A stretch of 38,224 nt of DNA, taken from positions 1-38,224 of the IMG/VR virus record IMGVR_UViG_3300020042_006260; one strand, written 5' to 3'. A program made the position numbers and the translations under genes. This document shows, in pieces, positions 35,901 to 38,224 of the stretch (its first letter is position 1; each line of letters begins with the position of its first letter). The notes under the pieces are model-generated. The model was not told where the DNA came from and searched no databases. It saw only the letters and a list, made by a program, of their open reading frames with translations. The DNA comes from a virus (taxonomy: Duplodnaviria > Caudoviricetes).

Positions 35901-38224
35901 CAACAAAACAAGAGAAGGACTCTGCTAACGCAAGAATAAAGATTATTGATACAGCTAAGAGGGCCATTAATACTTTGAGGTCTGTGTTCCCTGAGATTGA
36001 CATTGTATTACATGATGATCAGGGTAGCTATAACGCTGCTATGTTAGAAGTAAGTGGAGTAGAGGGATCAAAAGGTAACTTATTTTTAGATACAACACCT
36101 GATGGAAAAAGTACAGGCAGAATTGATATCAACTTATCAAAGGCTGATGGCAGAACAGTAGCTCATGAGATTGCACATGCCATACTATTAAAATCTTTTG
36201 GGGATAATTCAAGCTTGTTCAATGACTTTAGAACAAGACTATCTAAGGTACTTAATACAGATGCAAACAAGCAGTTAAATGATTTTGCTTCTAGGTATGT
36301 AGACCCTAATACAGGACAGCTTCTAGATGTAAACCACGAGGAGTTCTTGGCTGAATTAACTGGTATGTTAGAACAGCAGGAAACAAATGTATCTGTGACT
36401 ACAATGCAGAAGATAGCTGCGTTGATTAATGAGTTTGTGTCTAAGATTACAGGTGGAAAGTTCAAACCGTTTGAGGACACTAAGAATACCAAGGATGTAG
36501 TTGACTTCTTTAATACTATCTCTGGTGCTATCAGAGAAGGTAATGAGATACAGCAACTAAATAGTCAAGAGCCATACACTTCAGGTGTAGCACTACCTGT
36601 AATTAACCCTAATGAATTTGTTGGCAAGAAGTTTAGATCTAAGCTAGACATAGGGGATTACAAATTCCCATCCGGCATAGACATTCTTAGAATAGCTAAT
36701 CTTCCTATAAAGACTTTAACTGAATTGGTTAGACAGTATGAAGGTAGAGTTGTAATCATTACAAGTGATGCGACTGGTTATGGTGTTGATAAAAATGGAG
36801 ATCCTATCCTAGGTGGTTTTGGATTTGCATCTAATGAAAAGAATGTTAGCGATGGTATAGGATTTGCAAGCGTTAGTACCGGCACAGTAAAAGGTACTTA
36901 CACAGCGGCAGAAAAAGCATACGGCACTGGTAAGACTCTTGTGCTAGTAATGATTCAGCCACCGAATACGACTATTAATAATTCCTATGGTGCTAAGTAC
37001 ATTATTAGAGGGCTAAAAGAAATAGCTGTTTCTTCTAAGGAAGAGTTAAGTAAAACCAAGGAGTCAATTAAGACCTTTATAAAAGGATCTACTGCTATTC
37101 AAGATGAATTAAAGAAGACTGATACTAATCAAAAGAGAGGATCAGAGAAAAGATTATTTGATTTTATTGATAGCATAGATGAGAATACCAATATAGAAGA
37201 GGCAGTTAAAGAGTTCCTTAATGATACCACTTTTACCATAAGAAAAGAACTTGGTCAGGGAATATTGCTAAGGAATAAGGACATAAGAACTGATTCAAGT
37301 ACTACATACAGTAAGATTGCATTTAATAGTATTGGATACAACCTATATGATTTCTTAAAGGAGTATGGTGATAATACAATACTCACAGATGATTTAATTC
37401 TAAATGATATTGGTGGATATGTTGTTGGAGGATTTGAGTTAGATGTATTGCCTAATGATCAAAGAGAAGCTCTTATAAATGAAATTCAAAATAAAGGTAT
37501 AGTACATCCATTATTCAATGCCAAACTCCCAGGTACTAATCATTTTAGATTAGATGCTCTTTATGATGTTGAGGAAAACTTTGCTCAGTACGCAGTACCT
37601 GATACTCAGATATCTTTATCTAAAGAAGAAAGAGATGCTTTGGTAAGAGAAATTTACAAAGATAATAAGTTTTATCTTGCTGAGTCTAGATCTATACCTT
37701 TAGAAAAAAGAACCTATACTAATTTAACAGTTGCGGCTAAAACTGAATTCAAGAATAGTTATTTAAAACCTAGGGGATTACTAATTGAAATAGCCCCTAA
37801 AGTCTCAACAAAGGTAGCAAGAGGAGAAGGATTTATTCCTAAAGAAGGTGCAGCTGAACAAATGTCGAAGAGAAATTTTGTAAGCAGATCTCAAATAAAT
37901 GATGCACTATCAAAGGCATCTGGATCAACACAAGTTGCAACTACAAAGGGTAGTTATAGAAAGGCGGCAAATATTTTAAAGAATATTGGTGTAGATGGTG
38001 ATGTTTTAGACTATGGAGCAGGGCTTGGATTAGGGACTGATGCCATGAGTGAGGTCCTTGATAAGCCTGTTGATTCATTAGAAATTAATCCAGAAAGATG
38101 GAAAGGAATTAGGCCAGTAAAATATACTGATGCCAATCAAATAGATAAGAAGTATGATGGAATAGTATCCTTGAATGTAGTGAATGTAGTTCCGAAAGAA
38201 GTAAGGGACTTCATTGTACTTGAC
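32936..38224 (+). CDS. Giant polyvalent (probably ejected) protein, >=1763 aa, truncated by the window end; not in ORF track
   Basis: Manually translated: open from ATG 32936 (MNEQALNYSY...) to the end. Gly-rich hydrophobic segments ~33605-34170; kinase-like 34790-35194; ART-like 35294-35695; HEIAH zincin at 36164-36178 with downstream EEFLAE; SAM-MTase VLDYGAGLG at 38003-38029. Confidence 0.9.
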   Translation, partial: MNEQALNYSYELFKKDGYTGTLDQYKQLISTDKQALDYSFNLFKNDGYSGSLDDFNGLISPMAETPLVQSPIEPVKKKDTGLPSVDGGSEPAKSDGLESLAVKVQDERILNKKPRVERPIVSSESIKADPDQIDFDSKVQKQKVSAPMSYSNIFAKTIADLPSDLAETWSVASAFIERQLGKAGVPGANPNLTAKDIYFYNVSDDWRKYTDEVFPTNQEDRSTFLGGVVSGLGQVVPMVVSGGISAVSKGKAAMDIAKTALSTGTKLTPFIKMGKDIASQAASPAGLIGGSQMSSAMYREAINSGATEDQAQKYAIENFFVGTVVESLPIQSMFSRMLKKEPTANILRILKEGGIGAGQEAITEMWQTTYSNWSAERIYDFNREMLDGVGEAGAVGGTVGFILNASLNALLGRRARVKTKEEGEILDKSIDEVKSKINTVNTNNENISSVAEELDSIEPIVLNYGDSKYFFARDKSGRMELADEPMLEDQAKSMSNMLGKVYKGLEFSIEEVASNDPYTPVKYNVIANEKINEQQDAIQKQAAGEVPVQPGATVSQEVAQGEPQAEPKGVTKEEEVNIERKAENKNTEVKNVSFNEEQTTVNDEGIFELAFEGPLLDNYDFLSQGSESRVYLSKDKSHVIKLSEPYTSKDPNVYEKRVTTGLLKDIFGNSGVEVVGYYEYNGTKNPIFRQDYVEGQPLTENEVEDYLRNNNKVVEIDNKFYTKYNDVLYRVSDFENNLIRDNSGKVVPIDLNISEVKDSKINDKYDSEVSALQPQVVAKEGQTQEVVDVFHGGSVKDIQIASINNPLYVSESESQSAAYAKGNQGSVAKFKIDKSKIANEDEVRSVINELGLKPKDESWSVDELNIYELIDPNFDTAMSEESINNLFGELERRGYGGAEFVGMNIETLKNDINDIVIFNPKLVAQEGQVEVSPVSPTQQLDLEGEVALLEQLLAQEETAPTVSAGISILSDTDVQELRNKTQSRSQQATTKQEKDSANARIKIIDTAKRAINTLRSVFPEIDIVLHDDQGSYNAAMLEVSGVEGSKGNLFLDTTPDGKSTGRIDINLSKADGRTVAHEIAHAILLKSFGDNSSLFNDFRTRLSKVLNTDANKQLNDFASRYVDPNTGQLLDVNHEEFLAELTGMLEQQETNVSVTTMQKIAALINEFVSKITGGKFKPFEDTKNTKDVVDFFNTISGAIREGNEIQQLNSQEPYTSGVALPVINPNEFVGKKFRSKLDIGDYKFPSGIDILRIANLPIKTLTELVRQYEGRVVIITSDATGYGVDKNGDPILGGFGFASNEKNVSDGIGFASVSTGTVKGTYTAAEKAYGTGKTLVLVMIQPPNTTINNSYGAKYIIRGLKEIAVSSKEELSKTKESIKTFIKGSTAIQDELKKTDTNQKRGSEKRLFDFIDSIDENTNIEEAVKEFLNDTTFTIRKELGQGILLRNKDIRTDSSTTYSKIAFNSIGYNLYDFLKEYGDNTILTDDLILNDIGGYVVGGFELDVLPNDQREALINEIQNKGIVHPLFNAKLPGTNHFRLDALYDVEENFAQYAVPDTQISLSKEERDALVREIYKDNKFYLAESRSIPLEKRTYTNLTVAAKTEFKNSYLKPRGLLIEIAPKVSTKVARGEGFIPKEGAAEQMSKRNFVSRSQINDALSKASGSTQVATTKGSYRKAANILKNIGVDGDVLDYGAGLGLGTDAMSEVLDKPVDSLEINPERWKGIRPVKYTDANQIDKKYDGIVSLNVVNVVPKEVRDFIVLD
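32945..33115 (+). repeat. Tandem 30-aa repeat at the N-terminus of the giant protein
   Basis: QALNYSYELFKKDGYTGTLDQYKQLIS / QALDYSFNLFKNDGYSGSLDDFNGLIS. Confidence 0.85.
33160..33201 (+). promoter_or_regulatory. Candidate -1 programmed frameshift signal
   Basis: A10 run (GTA AAA AAA AAA GAT), 6-nt spacer, then stem GGATTACCATC-TGTG-GATGGTGGTTC. Confidence 0.55.
34542..34664 (+). CDS. Nested +1-frame small basic protein (40 aa) inside the giant ORF
   Basis: MPFKSKQQVKYLYSQEPQLAKKWRKENPKQNLKALPKKKK*; A-rich leader AAAAAATAAACGAACAACAAG; resembles standalone MPFKS..Q...L....P..A..W small phage proteins. Confidence 0.7.
   Translation: MPFKSKQQVKYLYSQEPQLAKKWRKENPKQNLKALPKKKK

Noticed and set aside
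34042-36556. Minus-strand ORFs listed in the ORF track at the right end
   Set aside because: They lie antisense to the continuous + strand giant ORF, which was omitted from the track only because it lacks a stop within the window.
32936-38224. crAss-type virion RNA polymerase as the giant ORF's identity
   Set aside because: No DxDxD-type catalytic motif in the visible part; it cannot be excluded beyond the window.
1-38224. Stop-codon reassignment, tRNAs, introns or inteins, integrase
   Set aside because: Code 11 gives dense uninterrupted genes with TAA, TAG and TGA all used as stops. No cloverleaf, intein motif or recombinase was recognised by eye.

Overview
This window is part of a dsDNA tailed-phage genome, most likely a podovirus-type phage of a Bacteroidota host. 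Evidence: repeated TAnnTTTG -7 promoter elements, A-rich translation starts without Shine-Dalgarno motifs, and a gene order resembling crAss-like/Cellulophaga podoviruses. Left end: the 3' end of a phage groEL, a groES, a DUF1599-like gene and an opposite-strand three-gene block. Next come small basic proteins, a lysis cassette (holin candidates plus an M15A endolysin) and a 1588-aa modular fibre with an S74 chaperone. The morphogenesis operon follows: tandem-GroES-like protein, TerS/TerL, portal, scaffold, major capsid, ring proteins, a three-way split tail/muzzle protein, a GNAT and ejection proteins. The ORF track misses the most interesting gene, a >=1763-aa ORF from 32936 that runs off the window end. 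It looks like an ejected polyvalent protein with kinase, ADP-ribosyltransferase, zincin and SAM-methyltransferase domains. It also carries (i) a slippery A10 run followed by a hairpin, a candidate -1 frameshift signal; (ii) a nested 40-codon +1-frame gene (MPFKSKQQVKYLY...); and (iii) degenerate copies of that nested gene's 3' end bracketing the kinase and ART domains, suggesting an in-frame enzyme-cassette insertion site. All functional calls come from motif recognition by eye; no searches were run.
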